Below, piece after piece: positions 17,426 through 28,503 of a stretch of 64,000 bases of DNA. The stretch's first letter is position 1; each line of letters begins with the position of its first letter. Both the position numbers and the translations under genes were made by a program. This stretch comes from a virus. The stretch is taken from positions 3,309 to 67,308 of IMG/VR virus record IMGVR_UViG_3300025162_000052; one strand, 5' to 3'. A model generated the notes under the pieces. The model was not told the DNA's origin. It ran no database searches and saw nothing but the letters and a program-made list of their open reading frames with translations.

Positions 17426-18661
17426 ATGGCAAAATCTATTTATGATGATGACGACCAAGTAACATTGGTTATTCCAGATGATGATGATATATTTAATCTA
17501 CCTAAAATGTTTGAAGGAGATGGAACTGATATATCTAGTGTTCCTAAAGGTGGTGAAATTATAGATAAAACAGCAGAAATAGAAAAGACTATTAAAGCTA
17601 CATCTAAAAAGAAACCTATAGAAAAAGAAGAAGTTCTTTTATCTACAGAAGATGATGATGATGTTATAAAACCAGAGAATGATGATGAAGATGAACAAGA
17701 AGAACCCAAGTCTACATCTAAAGATAAAAAGACTAAACAATCTGAGAAAAAAGTAGAAACTAAAAAGGATAATAAAAAAGCAGAAGTAGAAGCTCCTACT
17801 TATGAATTAGATTATAATCCTATACTCCAAAGGTTAAAAGAGAAAGAAGTACTTACTATAGATTTACCAGAAAATGTAGAATCTGATGAAGATTTGTTAA
17901 ATGTATTTGAACAAGAAGCTATCGCATATAAAAATGATTATCATAATTATATGGATAGTAAATATAATGGTTTACTTACGTATTTAGAAGAAGGAGGGGA
18001 CGCATTAAATTTCTTTAAAACAGTTAAAGAAAATAATTATGATGAAATAGAATTTGATAAAATTAGAGAAGATCAAACAGCTAAAGAAAAAGCATATATT
18101 GATTTTTATAAAACTAAAGATATGGACGATGAAGATATTATGCGTAATATGAAACGTGCAAAAGATTTAGAAGAATTTAATATTGAAGTAGAAAAAATAT
18201 ATCCTAAACTTCAAAAACAAAGTAAACAACAAAAAGAAACGTTAAAAAAGGAAGCTAAAGAAAAAGAACAAAAAAGAGTAGATCAAGAAAAGATATTATA
18301 CCATAATATTTCTAGTACTATTCTAAAATCTGAAGAACTTATTCCTACGATTAAACTTAAAGAAAGTGACAAAAAAGCAATTACTAAATTAGCAGTATCT
18401 AATGATGTATTTAATAAATTATCACAAGACCCAGTAAAAAGTAGAATATTATTATCTGCATTAGCACATTATGGTATTTTAGATGGAAATTGGGATAAAA
18501 TTATAAAGAATATTGAAACAGGTAAAGTTAAGGAGTTAAAGTCACAGTTCTTAAAGAATCCTAGTAAAGGTAGTGAGACTAATGTTGATTTAACTAATAA
18601 TGATGATGACATTGGTGGAAGTATCGCTAAGAGTTACATGAAAACGTTTGCTAAACGGTAA
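17426..18661 (+). CDS. putative scaffolding protein
   Basis: Acidic low-complexity N-terminus and coiled-coil C-terminus; lies between portal and MCP. Confidence 0.7.
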   Translation: MAKSIYDDDDQVTLVIPDDDDIFNLPKMFEGDGTDISSVPKGGEIIDKTAEIEKTIKATSKKKPIEKEEVLLSTEDDDDVIKPENDDEDEQEEPKSTSKDKKTKQSEKKVETKKDNKKAEVEAPTYELDYNPILQRLKEKEVLTIDLPENVESDEDLLNVFEQEAIAYKNDYHNYMDSKYNGLLTYLEEGGDALNFFKTVKENNYDEIEFDKIREDQTAKEKAYIDFYKTKDMDDEDIMRNMKRAKDLEEFNIEVEKIYPKLQKQSKQQKETLKKEAKEKEQKRVDQEKILYHNISSTILKSEELIPTIKLKESDKKAITKLAVSNDVFNKLSQDPVKSRILLSALAHYGILDGNWDKIIKNIETGKVKELKSQFLKNPSKGSETNVDLTNNDDDIGGSIAKSYMKTFAKR

Positions 18662-18688
18662 AATTTTAAACTCAATAAATAAATAACA

Positions 18689-20227
18689 ATGGCAGTACAA
18701 AAAGGTCAAGTTCGACCCTTTCAATTATATGAGGGTCAATGGCATACTGGGTTAACAATGGAAACCCACTTAGCCAATATGTATAAAAAGATGCCTTATT
18801 ATGCATCTGATATGGTAGAGAAAATGTTCGAATCTACTTTTGGAGACGATATTATTTCTCATGTAAATCAATATCCTGTATTTAAAGCTAAAGATAGAGT
18901 ATATCGTTGGTTAGGTGTTGGTATGACAGAGAAGAATATTCCTTTAATTCAAGCATGGGAAGATAAATCAGGTAGTATTCCTGTAGGTACATCTACACCT
19001 TATATTGGTGCAAACTCTACAGATTTCTTCTTAGATTTTGGAGAAAAGTTGTTTGGTAGTAAACAACATATCGTAGGTATGAAACCTGATCTATATAGAT
19101 TATGGATTCTTGAAGAACCTACAATGATTGAAGCTGGACGTTGGAGATACAGGTGTCAATTAACTGGTTCTGATGGGGTATATATTCCTAAAGAAGAGTT
19201 AAAAGCTGGAACAAGATGGTCAGGTGATGGTGGTTTGGTTGCAAATGACTTTTCACGTGATGGTTATCAACCTACATTTACTAGTCCATTTGAATTTGAG
19301 AATAGAATGTCTCAATTCCGTACTATGATTAAAGTACCTGGTTCAGTTTATCGTGAAGGTAAATATGGTGATAATGTTTATATGTTCAAATTCTTAGATT
19401 CTGATGGTAATCAACACAAAATTTGGTTTGATGCATATTGGTACACATTTTTAAAAATGAACAGAGTTGATAGAGCTAAAAAATTCTTGTATGACAAATC
19501 TAACAAATTAGCTGATGGAACAACTGCTAACGTAGATTCACAAACAGGTATGCCAGCAGATGAAGGTTCAGGATTATATGAACTTATGTCAGCAGGTAAT
19601 ATTCACCCATACTATCCAGGTGGTTTATCAGTAGATTATATCACTAAAGTTATTTTGGATGCATCTGTAACTAAAGTGCCTGAAGATAAACGTGCTATTA
19701 CAATTATGGCAGGTGAATATGGTCTAGTAGATTTGCATAAAATGTTACGTAGAGATTTGATTTCTACATATACAACTCCAGCTTATATGGGGGATACTAC
19801 TGGTCGTGCTTATCAATGGTCAGGTAATAAAGTTCATGTAAACTTAGGTCAGATTACTGGTTATGCTGATGTTAATGGTGTTAAAGTAACATTCATGCAT
19901 GCTCCACATAAAGATAATCCAACTCGTAATAAATTGTTATATCAAAATGGTGGTCGTGCTAGTTCATACGAATATGATATTTTAGACTTTGGTACTACTA
20001 ATGGTCGTCCAAATATCCAACGTGTAGAATTAGAAGGTGAGAATGATATTTACGCATTACAATTAGGTATTAGATCAGCATTTGGATCTCGTGGTTCTGA
20101 AAAGATGCCAGCTATAGTATCAACTGAAACAGATATGGATGTTATCCATTATATGTCTTGGATTGGTTCTATTATTTGGAATCCTACTAAGGTTATTAGA
20201 TTAATACCTGCTGTTCTTTACAGATAA
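18689..20227 (+). CDS. major capsid protein (HK97 fold, crAss-like)
   Basis: 512 aa; W.GLT..HL, YRW, GSGL.E, GEYG, NG.KVTF.H.P..D; codon choice typical of a highly expressed gene; synteny. Confidence 0.93.
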   Translation: MAVQKGQVRPFQLYEGQWHTGLTMETHLANMYKKMPYYASDMVEKMFESTFGDDIISHVNQYPVFKAKDRVYRWLGVGMTEKNIPLIQAWEDKSGSIPVGTSTPYIGANSTDFFLDFGEKLFGSKQHIVGMKPDLYRLWILEEPTMIEAGRWRYRCQLTGSDGVYIPKEELKAGTRWSGDGGLVANDFSRDGYQPTFTSPFEFENRMSQFRTMIKVPGSVYREGKYGDNVYMFKFLDSDGNQHKIWFDAYWYTFLKMNRVDRAKKFLYDKSNKLADGTTANVDSQTGMPADEGSGLYELMSAGNIHPYYPGGLSVDYITKVILDASVTKVPEDKRAITIMAGEYGLVDLHKMLRRDLISTYTTPAYMGDTTGRAYQWSGNKVHVNLGQITGYADVNGVKVTFMHAPHKDNPTRNKLLYQNGGRASSYEYDILDFGTTNGRPNIQRVELEGENDIYALQLGIRSAFGSRGSEKMPAIVSTETDMDVIHYMSWIGSIIWNPTKVIRLIPAVLYR

Positions 20228-20264
20228 TAAAAACATAGTATAATAAATACAAAAAGAAAAAGTC

Positions 20265-21218
20265 ATGACAAATTCGAGTGCTAGTGGAAAAGGTGTAGTA
20301 GAAAATACTACACCTAAATCCTGTTTAATACCTGGAAAAATAGTAAAAGTACGTCCTGTACCTGTGAGAAAAACTCCTTTTATTGTAGGAACTGATAGAG
20401 ATAGAATCAAGAGTGAACAAATAATGCTAACTGGGACATCAAGAAGTATTATATGCCCTAAATATGACAATGGTAGATTTGTAGAGCCATTAACATGGGA
20501 AGAACGAGAGTATCTTGAAAAAGCATTAGGAGTTAATTTGGATATAAATAAACCAAATGATAACTACTTAAATGAAGTACGAATTCAAGTTAGTAAAAAT
20601 TCAGATGATATTGGTGATGTTTTTACAGAATTAGATTTAGGTACTCCAGATGGTTTCTTAGCATGGAGAGTGTGTTTAGTTGCACCAGAAGTAGCTAGTG
20701 AAAAAAATCCAGAAGGACATTATAAAGCAGAACATTGGTTTTATTTAGATGATGATGAAGTACAAGAAACATCTGATAGAGATGGTAATAAAGTTGAAGA
20801 TGATTGTCTTAAATTCCTTTACACTATTGAAGATAATAAAGAAAAATTATATAATTTCTTACGTACATTTAATTTAATCTTTAAAACTAATAAACGAATA
20901 GATAAACAATCTGCTAGTTCAGATTGGATTTATAATGAAATAAAAGGTTTGATTAAATCAAGAGAAAGTAGAACTAGGGTACATCAATTAGTAGAAATGG
21001 TTAAAAAAGATTTAGCTAGTTACGAATTAAAATTGGTTATTCAAGATGCACTTTCAATTGGGGAGATTAAATACAATAGTTCATTGAACGAATATACTAA
21101 TTCAGTAAATGAAGTAATAGGTAAGAGTTTAAAAGATGTTGAAGATTTTTTACGTAATCCGGCTAATCAAATTAAACGAGAGCATATTAAAGCACAAATA
21201 AAGTTACAATTAAAATAA
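20265..21218 (+). CDS. conserved crAss-like protein downstream of MCP
   Basis: PLT.EE...LEK.LG..L and LDL.TP motifs; position is conserved in Crassvirales. Confidence 0.7.
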   Translation: MTNSSASGKGVVENTTPKSCLIPGKIVKVRPVPVRKTPFIVGTDRDRIKSEQIMLTGTSRSIICPKYDNGRFVEPLTWEEREYLEKALGVNLDINKPNDNYLNEVRIQVSKNSDDIGDVFTELDLGTPDGFLAWRVCLVAPEVASEKNPEGHYKAEHWFYLDDDEVQETSDRDGNKVEDDCLKFLYTIEDNKEKLYNFLRTFNLIFKTNKRIDKQSASSDWIYNEIKGLIKSRESRTRVHQLVEMVKKDLASYELKLVIQDALSIGEIKYNSSLNEYTNSVNEVIGKSLKDVEDFLRNPANQIKREHIKAQIKLQLK

Positions 21219-21221
21219 GAT

Positions 21222-22178
21222 ATGACAGCTAACTCAATGGGTGATAGTTTACAACTATTATTCGAAGCTAGTACTGGAACAAATCGACAGTTTAATAGTA
21301 GAGAAAAGTCATTCTTTTTAAATATGGGAATGACTGACTTTATTAATAAACGTACATTTCCTGATGGAAATACTAAACAAAAAGGTTTAGAAAGTGATAA
21401 TAAACGAATATTAGACTTAGCACCATTATTAGGCACTACATCTGACTTGTATTTTAAAATACGAGATATAGGTGGTACTAATTATGGAGACTTCGTAAGA
21501 GGTACTTATGTTAATGGAGCTATGAGAAATCCTGATAAAGACGCTGATGGTATAACAGATAATGAAACTACGTATGGTACAATCACAGATGCAGAGGACA
21601 TGAAATACGGTGTATTAGTTGAGCTTCGTGATGAAGTCTTATTCATAGTATCTCAGAACTGTGATTTATCATACGGTACAGGAACAAATAAACAATGGCG
21701 ATACAATGTTAGAGTAGATAATATTCCTAACGAATTGTACAATGACCAAATCTATAATTCGTTTAAGCAACCTTATTTTGATTTAGTATGGAAGAAAGAA
21801 TTTGGTAAATCATTACCAACATCTCTATTATCATATAGGAATACTAATGAATTTCGTTCAAGCACTGCTGCGCGTAATAGTAGTACAACAACCCCTTTAA
21901 TTAACCCAGACTGGTATTTTAATGGTACTAGAAGTAGGATATTACAACTATTACCTGGTAAAGGTTGGGAAGTAGAGAAGTATAATGTTACTTATATAAA
22001 GAAACCAAATGAAATAGTGGTGGATTATGTAAGACCAGACAAGCAAGTTCATTGCGAATTGCATCCACAAGTTCATTATGAAGTGATACAATTAGCATTA
22101 AGATTTGCGGCAGAAGCTATTATCCCAAGTATACAGAAATATCAAGTTGTAGATAAAGAGAATAAAGAAAACGAATAA
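21222..22178 (+). CDS. tail ring / head-tail connector protein
   Basis: EKS.FLN, Y.K.P..I and CELHP..H.E.I..A motifs of crAss ring proteins. Confidence 0.75.
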   Translation: MTANSMGDSLQLLFEASTGTNRQFNSREKSFFLNMGMTDFINKRTFPDGNTKQKGLESDNKRILDLAPLLGTTSDLYFKIRDIGGTNYGDFVRGTYVNGAMRNPDKDADGITDNETTYGTITDAEDMKYGVLVELRDEVLFIVSQNCDLSYGTGTNKQWRYNVRVDNIPNELYNDQIYNSFKQPYFDLVWKKEFGKSLPTSLLSYRNTNEFRSSTAARNSSTTTPLINPDWYFNGTRSRILQLLPGKGWEVEKYNVTYIKKPNEIVVDYVRPDKQVHCELHPQVHYEVIQLALRFAAEAIIPSIQKYQVVDKENKENE

Positions 22179-22204
22179 ATAGACTAACAATAACAATTAA
22201 ATAA

Positions 22205-23668
22205 ATGGATTCAAATTTAAAAACTGTATTTGTACAACGTAGTACTATGACTGCTCCTGATGGAACAGCTAACTCTCAAATTTGGGATGCTACTACTACA
22301 GCTACATACATTGAAGATGGTGCAATTGTAGTTACTAATGAATTAGGATTAGTCCTTAATGCTAGTGATACTGCTGATACTATCGTTATTAGAGCACGAC
22401 AAGATGGTTCAGTATATAAATCAGTGTCAATTCCTGTTGCAGATGTTACTAACTATAAAGTATCAACTTATAGACCTGCATTAGAACAATCTACATTTGT
22501 AGGTTATAATGGAACTGATAGTACATTTACTAGTACTTTGACATCTACTGGAACATATCAAGTAAGTATTTGGAGAAACGATGATCCTTTCTATATGGGA
22601 GTAGATCGACCAAAAACTGCATCTTATGTACAAGGTAGTAATAGTCAATTAGCTTTAGGTTTATCTTCTACAGGTGTATCTCAAGCTGAAATCGTAATGG
22701 CACTACAAGATATTATTTATAAATCTTTTGTAAAAACTATTACTGGGTATTCACATGTTGATATTCCAATTAAAATTGAAGTAATCAGTGATTGTGGGGC
22801 TGGTAGTAAAACTGCATTAAATACAACTATCGCAGTTACTAATGAAAGTACATATTTTGTATTAGGTGGTGCAGCAGATGCATCTATGGTTGCTGGAGTT
22901 ATTTTAAGTATTGCTGGTAAATTATATGTTGTAAAAGATTATGATTCTACTGCACATACTGGTAACTTAATGTGCCCATATCAAGGTACAACAGCTACAG
23001 TATATAGTGGCACAAGTGCAACAACTTGTTTTACTTATGTAGGAACAGTTGCTAACTATAATACTGCTAAATTTGGTTTACAAATAACTGGTTTATCTAA
23101 GATATTTGCTACTAATTTGTGGCTATATAGAAAAACTAGATTTGATGTTCAAACTAATACTAATGTAACTGGTCAAGTACGAACTTATGCAGTTGGTAAT
23201 ATAGGCATTGATAAAAAAGGTTTAACTACTACAACTACTACTTATGTTAAAGCAGGTACAATTATACCTGATTTTGGAGCATTTGAAGGAGTAGGTACTT
23301 ATGAACGAGTTAGTGAAATTGAACATGAAAACTTAGGATTTCATGGAGTTGAGAAACAATATCGTGAAAGTATCGCAACTGAAAAACTACATCGTCAATT
23401 AGTATCTGATTTGAATGGTAGTTCCTGTGTATATTCTATACTTAACATGGAAATCAGAAAACAGTATAAAGATAACCCTATCAATGTAATTAATGATAGT
23501 AATAATGTTATTATAGCTATTCCTGTAACTTATACAGATAATGGTTCTTCTGCCGTTAGTTTAGCAGAAACTAAAGCTACTGCTACTGGTTATGGTTATG
23601 TAACAGTTTTAGATGCTATTCTGCCTAGTACTTTAGCAGATCAAGCCACCGCTGTAACTACATATTAA
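22205..23668 (+). CDS. auxiliary capsid (decoration) protein
   Basis: T/S-rich beta protein with GLQITG and G.G.YE.V..IE. Synteny with the crAss capsid module; followed by a strong terminator. Confidence 0.65.
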   Translation: MDSNLKTVFVQRSTMTAPDGTANSQIWDATTTATYIEDGAIVVTNELGLVLNASDTADTIVIRARQDGSVYKSVSIPVADVTNYKVSTYRPALEQSTFVGYNGTDSTFTSTLTSTGTYQVSIWRNDDPFYMGVDRPKTASYVQGSNSQLALGLSSTGVSQAEIVMALQDIIYKSFVKTITGYSHVDIPIKIEVISDCGAGSKTALNTTIAVTNESTYFVLGGAADASMVAGVILSIAGKLYVVKDYDSTAHTGNLMCPYQGTTATVYSGTSATTCFTYVGTVANYNTAKFGLQITGLSKIFATNLWLYRKTRFDVQTNTNVTGQVRTYAVGNIGIDKKGLTTTTTTYVKAGTIIPDFGAFEGVGTYERVSEIEHENLGFHGVEKQYRESIATEKLHRQLVSDLNGSSCVYSILNMEIRKQYKDNPINVINDSNNVIIAIPVTYTDNGSSAVSLAETKATATGYGYVTVLDAILPSTLADQATAVTTY

Positions 23669-23688
23669 TAGTATATAACTTAATTTTC

Positions 23689-23726
23689 AAAGGGTAGTTT
23701 AACTTATAGTTGGGCTACCCTTTTTT
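23689..23726 (+). terminator. intrinsic terminator
   Basis: AGGGTAGTTTAAC-ttata-GTTGGGCTACCCT followed by a T tract. Confidence 0.85.
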
Positions 23727-23732
23727 AATATT

Positions 23733-24287
23733 ATGGAACTAGACTTTTATTTAGAGCAAATCGACAATTATACTATAAAGGTATTTGATAATACACTATC
23801 TACACAAGTTGATACTATAGGAGATATATATCAAATGTCGTTAGATGTAGTATGTAGTAAAATACCAAATGAACAAGTCTTAGGATTAGATTGTTTAAAT
23901 CATGTATTAACTTATCATAGAGATAAAGAAATATATGAGATTACTAGTGATGTATTAGGATTAGGAAATTCGCAAATATTACCAGATGGAATGTATACTT
24001 TAACTTGGACTATTAATAATATTATTAGTAAAGAACATAAATTTTGTGTATATTCTACTATTGAATCACAAATTAATGACTTAATAACTAGTACAGGATA
24101 TAATGTTCAAGTTGGTAACTATGATATTACTTTTACAGGAGATACGTGTGATGGAGATGTAGAGCAAGTAAGAATAGCAATTACTCTAATGGACTATTTA
24201 AGACAAGTTGCAGCAGAAGGTAATGAAGTTGAATGTAATAATACATTAGATAAATTGAATAGAATATTATTAATAATTAATAAATAA
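23733..24287 (+). CDS. tail hub-like structural protein
   Basis: LPDG.Y.LTW motif plus a helical C-terminus; position matches crAss hub proteins. Confidence 0.6.
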   Translation: MELDFYLEQIDNYTIKVFDNTLSTQVDTIGDIYQMSLDVVCSKIPNEQVLGLDCLNHVLTYHRDKEIYEITSDVLGLGNSQILPDGMYTLTWTINNIISKEHKFCVYSTIESQINDLITSTGYNVQVGNYDITFTGDTCDGDVEQVRIAITLMDYLRQVAAEGNEVECNNTLDKLNRILLIINK

Positions 24288-26431
24288 TGGCAAACCAAAT
24301 ATCAAACGATAAAGGAATTTTTAGATTATATGATGGGACTATAGTATATATTGAAGAAATATTATATAGTGCTGATGGTCAAACTAATTTCGAAGTATCA
24401 TTTAATCCTAATGAACATTTAAATACTATTACAGGAGTAGGTACATTAGCAGGACATAAATATAGAAAAGTACGTCATGCTGGAGATACTAAATGGCAAA
24501 TCCCTGAATATATTGTAGCTGAAAATGGTAAAAATATAGAATTACAAACTACTGATGAGTATTTACAGTGGAGAGTAGTAGGCTCAACTACATGGACTAA
24601 TTTAATATTATTAGATTCCATTAGAGGAAATAATGGTATTCAAGGTATACCCGGATCTGGTATAACAATAGATAGAACTGGTGCATTTGATACTAAACCT
24701 AGTTGCTCAACTACTACTGGAACAACTGGTACAACATTAGGATGTGGATGTACAGGAGTATCTTCTATAGGTGCTAGTGGACTAACTACATTCTTATCAT
24801 TAGGTAATCATATATTAAACGATACTGATGATACAGGAACATATTGGGCTAATGAAGGAGATCTACCTACATTTAAAGCTTATGTAAGTGCAACAGATAA
24901 AGGATTAACTGCTAAATATTGGAATGCTAGTGCTACAATTGGTACAGGTGCATATACATATTTAGGTATTAATTTAGCACAAGGTTTATCTGGTGGTACT
25001 GACACTACTGGTAAATTATATACTTGTATTAACGGATCTTATATAGAAATTTTATCAATTGCTGCTAATGACCATAGAATCGCTGAAACTAGTGGTAGTA
25101 CTAATATAGGTTATTTAGATAATTTTGTAACAGATTATGGAAACGCTAATATTACTGGTATAGGAACAATTGGTATAGATGGTGGTAAATTAGAAATTAT
25201 AGATGAATCTATTACAACTGATAAATTTGATACTACTATATTTAATGATGGATTAACTAATACAGGAACAGAAATTGACGTTAATGCTAGTGAATTAATT
25301 GGGTATGGGTTAAAAGTATATACTAGTGCATCAGATTCATATAATAATATTCAAGTATATGTTAGAGATATTATATCAGATGGATTAACTTATGAAAGTG
25401 ACAATACTTTTGATGGAGAAACAAGGGATAAAATTATAGTTCATGTTGATGATATTGTATCACCTACTACAGGAACGGATTTTACAGGGTTAGAAACATC
25501 GGCTGATAGAGGAATAACTGAAACTGATGGATATGAAAATATCTATGTTAAAGAAGGAGACTGTATATCTACAGATGTTAATGGTGTTAATGTTGTAGCA
25601 GATGAACTTAGTTTAACTGCTAATAATTTAACAGCAATTAAAGTAAAACCGTATACTACAGGTAATGATGGTATATGTGCTATACATTTAAACCCTACAG
25701 TAGTAAATACTAATAAAGGTATAGATGTAGATAATAGTACTGGATTAGAAGTAATAGTCGATGCGTCTACAATTGGATTTAATGCTAGTGGTGGATTAGA
25801 AATTCCTGATAATGGAGTAACTGGTAATAAACTTAATGATAATACTTGTAATAATTTAGCAGGTGTTGAGATATTAAATGATACTATTAATGTTAAAGTA
25901 GATGATATTACTATAGAATTTAATGGTAGTGGAGAACTAACTGTTAAAGATTTAGCTAATAGTGTAGTTACTGGAATTACTGATAGTGATACTAGTCCTA
26001 TATTAGCAGGACAAGTTAATATGTTTGGTACTAGTGCAGGAAATGGAGTTAATTGTATAACAGTACAAGTAATTGCAAATGCTATAGGAAATAAAATTAC
26101 TACTAGTGCAACTATAGATCAAGCTAAATTTGATACTTTTATAACAGGATTAGGATATTTAAAAAGTGCTAGTAATGCTTCCGCTACATGGGGTGATATT
26201 ACTGGAAATATAAGTGCTCAATCTGATTTACAAACCGCACTAAATAGTAAAGTAGATGAGAATACTTCGTATGATAATATTATTATAAGTAATGGTGGTA
26301 CTATATCAGGAGAAAGTACAACTGAAGGTATCTATATTAAATTAGGAAGTACTAGTTATGGTGCTAAACTTATGGCAGATGATAATGGTAATTTATATGT
26401 AGATACCCCAAATAAAAAGAAAATATTTTAA
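24287..26431 (+). CDS. tail fibre protein
   Basis: IELQ....LQWR module, short collagen stretch, repeated VD..TI.FN.SG.L.I units, and WGDITG.IS.Q.DL..AL..K motif. Confidence 0.75.
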   Translation: MANQISNDKGIFRLYDGTIVYIEEILYSADGQTNFEVSFNPNEHLNTITGVGTLAGHKYRKVRHAGDTKWQIPEYIVAENGKNIELQTTDEYLQWRVVGSTTWTNLILLDSIRGNNGIQGIPGSGITIDRTGAFDTKPSCSTTTGTTGTTLGCGCTGVSSIGASGLTTFLSLGNHILNDTDDTGTYWANEGDLPTFKAYVSATDKGLTAKYWNASATIGTGAYTYLGINLAQGLSGGTDTTGKLYTCINGSYIEILSIAANDHRIAETSGSTNIGYLDNFVTDYGNANITGIGTIGIDGGKLEIIDESITTDKFDTTIFNDGLTNTGTEIDVNASELIGYGLKVYTSASDSYNNIQVYVRDIISDGLTYESDNTFDGETRDKIIVHVDDIVSPTTGTDFTGLETSADRGITETDGYENIYVKEGDCISTDVNGVNVVADELSLTANNLTAIKVKPYTTGNDGICAIHLNPTVVNTNKGIDVDNSTGLEVIVDASTIGFNASGGLEIPDNGVTGNKLNDNTCNNLAGVEILNDTINVKVDDITIEFNGSGELTVKDLANSVVTGITDSDTSPILAGQVNMFGTSAGNGVNCITVQVIANAIGNKITTSATIDQAKFDTFITGLGYLKSASNASATWGDITGNISAQSDLQTALNSKVDENTSYDNIIISNGGTISGESTTEGIYIKLGSTSYGAKLMADDNGNLYVDTPNKKKIF

Positions 26432-26907
26432 TGGATGAGTTTAAGTTAATTAAATATAAAGATAAACCAGAAGATTCGAGTACTGTATCAAGCAGTACTC
26501 TTTTTTCAGGTTTAATTAAAGAATTAATACGACAAATAAAAGAAGCGTATAATATAGAAAAGGAAAAAGAGTATCCTACAACAGAAAATATAGTAGAACT
26601 TATTCATCAAGTAGTACAAACTATAACTGATATTAAAAATAATTTACTAAAAGAACTTGATGAGAAGGTTAGTAAAGAATTATTAGATGTTGTAATGGAA
26701 GATATACGAGATTTAGGTAGAGATAGTGTGGATAGGGCACTATTATTAAAAGGTGTATATAGAATACAATACCCATTAGATTTAGGAGTTAATGGTACAG
26801 TATATAAAAATAATACTGAACCTGGTATTTGTTATTATGACAAATTAAATGACGAATGGGTATTTAATACTAAAAGTGGAAAAACAAAGTTAAAACATAA
26901 TGGCTGA
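26431..26907 (+). CDS. hypothetical fibre-associated protein
   Basis: Coiled coil plus a C-terminal G..YYD motif. Confidence 0.6.
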   Translation: MDEFKLIKYKDKPEDSSTVSSSTLFSGLIKELIRQIKEAYNIEKEKEYPTTENIVELIHQVVQTITDIKNNLLKELDEKVSKELLDVVMEDIRDLGRDSVDRALLLKGVYRIQYPLDLGVNGTVYKNNTEPGICYYDKLNDEWVFNTKSGKTKLKHNG

Positions 26908-27202
26908 AACATATTCTGATAATAATCCATATAATATAGAAAGTAGTCATAAATTATATGTACAATGGAGTCATGGTGATGTACCAGCTTCATATTTTGA
27001 AAATGGTAAATATCCTAATGGTAATGAGTCTGTATGGGTATGGGAAAATATATATATTCCAGTCGATCATACAGTAAATGGAGTTACATTAACTGGACAT
27101 AGATATAGACGTGAGAAAGTAGGATTAAGTGGTAAATGGACAGTTCCTATTCCACTAGTACCACAGTCACAAATTTTAACAATTGAATTAATACAAATTT
27201 GA
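26900..27202 (+). CDS. fibre N-terminal-like domain protein
   Basis: GHRYRREKVG..GKW.VP resembles GHKYRKVRH.G..KW.IP of 24287..26431. Confidence 0.6.
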   Translation: MAETYSDNNPYNIESSHKLYVQWSHGDVPASYFENGKYPNGNESVWVWENIYIPVDHTVNGVTLTGHRYRREKVGLSGKWTVPIPLVPQSQILTIELIQI

Positions 27203-27203
27203 T

Positions 27204-28502
27204 ATGGGTAATTATAAATTAAGATTTACATTAGCAGATGGTAGTATTATAGATACTGATCCATTTACTATAGTTAATGGAAATAATGGAACTAATGGTG
27301 CGAATGGTAATGATGGAGTAGATGGTACTAATGGTGCAGATGGTATAAGTATTATATCTGGTTCTGTTAATATAGATGGAGAATTAGTATTAATTAAAAG
27401 TGATTTATCAACTATAAATGTAGGAGTAGTAAAAGGTGCTACAGGTGCTAATGGGCAAGCATTTCAAGTTAATAGTACAGGGGATGTTAGTACAGATAGT
27501 GGCTATTTATTATTAGATAATAATTCTGGTAAAATACCTTCTGTAATAGAACCATATTTCCATGTAGTAATGACAGATAATAGAACTGCATCTGATAATC
27601 CTAATGTATATTTAATAGGTACTACTACAAAAGTAGAAAATTTAGCTGGACATTTAATAATGACAGTTAATGATAGTGAGCCTAAAACATATTATTCTTA
27701 TGGAGTATTTACTGGAGTAGCAGGACAACAAGGACAAAAAGGAGATACTGGTGATAAAGGTTGGAGTCCAATATTTCAAGTTGTAATTAAAAGTGCTACA
27801 GAAGAAGTACTTAAATTTAAACAATGGACTGGTGGTGCTGGTTTACCTCCTATTAGTCCTATAGAACCAAATACATATTTAGGAACGTCTGGTTATACTA
27901 GTATAACTAATGCAGTAAATATTAGAGGTACTAATGGAGCAAATGGAGTTGATGGTGTTAATGGTACAAATGGAACTAATGGTACTGATGGAGTTAATGG
28001 TAGTGATGGAGCAAATGGATCTGATGGTAGAGAAGTAGAGCTACAAAAAAGTTCAACTTATATACAATGGAGATATGTAGGAGATATAGTTTGGAATGAT
28101 CTAGTATTACTTAGTGATTTAAAAGGAGATAAAGGTGATATAGGACAAGGATGTTATTTATTTTATAATAACATATCTGTTAGTTATATGTCATCAGATA
28201 CATATAGTGATAAATTTATAATTAATGGTGGACTAGATGGTACTTCTATTACTAATATTGTCTACAAAGGTAATACTGATACATATTATGTAACATGGAC
28301 TTTATATATTAATATAAATGGAGTGGATACATTAGTAGGAATTTTACCTGATTATCCTAATAGTGGTTATTTTTATGGTAGTTTTGATTGTAATATACCA
28401 TTAACTTATTTAGATATAGTACGACTACATTTTGTACCTACGTCAATAGGGATTGTTTTAGGAAGTTATACTTTTGATGCTATAACAGTAACAATATCAT
28501 AA
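27204..28502 (+). CDS. collagen-like fibre protein
   Basis: G-X-N/D triplet runs (~27277-27345 and ~27927-28028), GDKGD repeats and a VELQ....IQWR module. Confidence 0.8.
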   Translation: MGNYKLRFTLADGSIIDTDPFTIVNGNNGTNGANGNDGVDGTNGADGISIISGSVNIDGELVLIKSDLSTINVGVVKGATGANGQAFQVNSTGDVSTDSGYLLLDNNSGKIPSVIEPYFHVVMTDNRTASDNPNVYLIGTTTKVENLAGHLIMTVNDSEPKTYYSYGVFTGVAGQQGQKGDTGDKGWSPIFQVVIKSATEEVLKFKQWTGGAGLPPISPIEPNTYLGTSGYTSITNAVNIRGTNGANGVDGVNGTNGTNGTDGVNGSDGANGSDGREVELQKSSTYIQWRYVGDIVWNDLVLLSDLKGDKGDIGQGCYLFYNNISVSYMSSDTYSDKFIINGGLDGTSITNIVYKGNTDTYYVTWTLYININGVDTLVGILPDYPNSGYFYGSFDCNIPLTYLDIVRLHFVPTSIGIVLGSYTFDAITVTIS

Positions 28503-28503
28503 T

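Noticed and set aside
12524-20227. Introns or inteins in terL, portal or MCP
   Set aside because: The ORFs are continuous and of normal length, with no intein termini or homing-endonuclease motifs seen.
27190-27210. Programmed frameshift or readthrough fusing 26900..27202 to 27204..28502
   Set aside because: Readthrough hits TAA two codons later, there is no good slippery site, and stop-T-ATG spacing is common in this operon.
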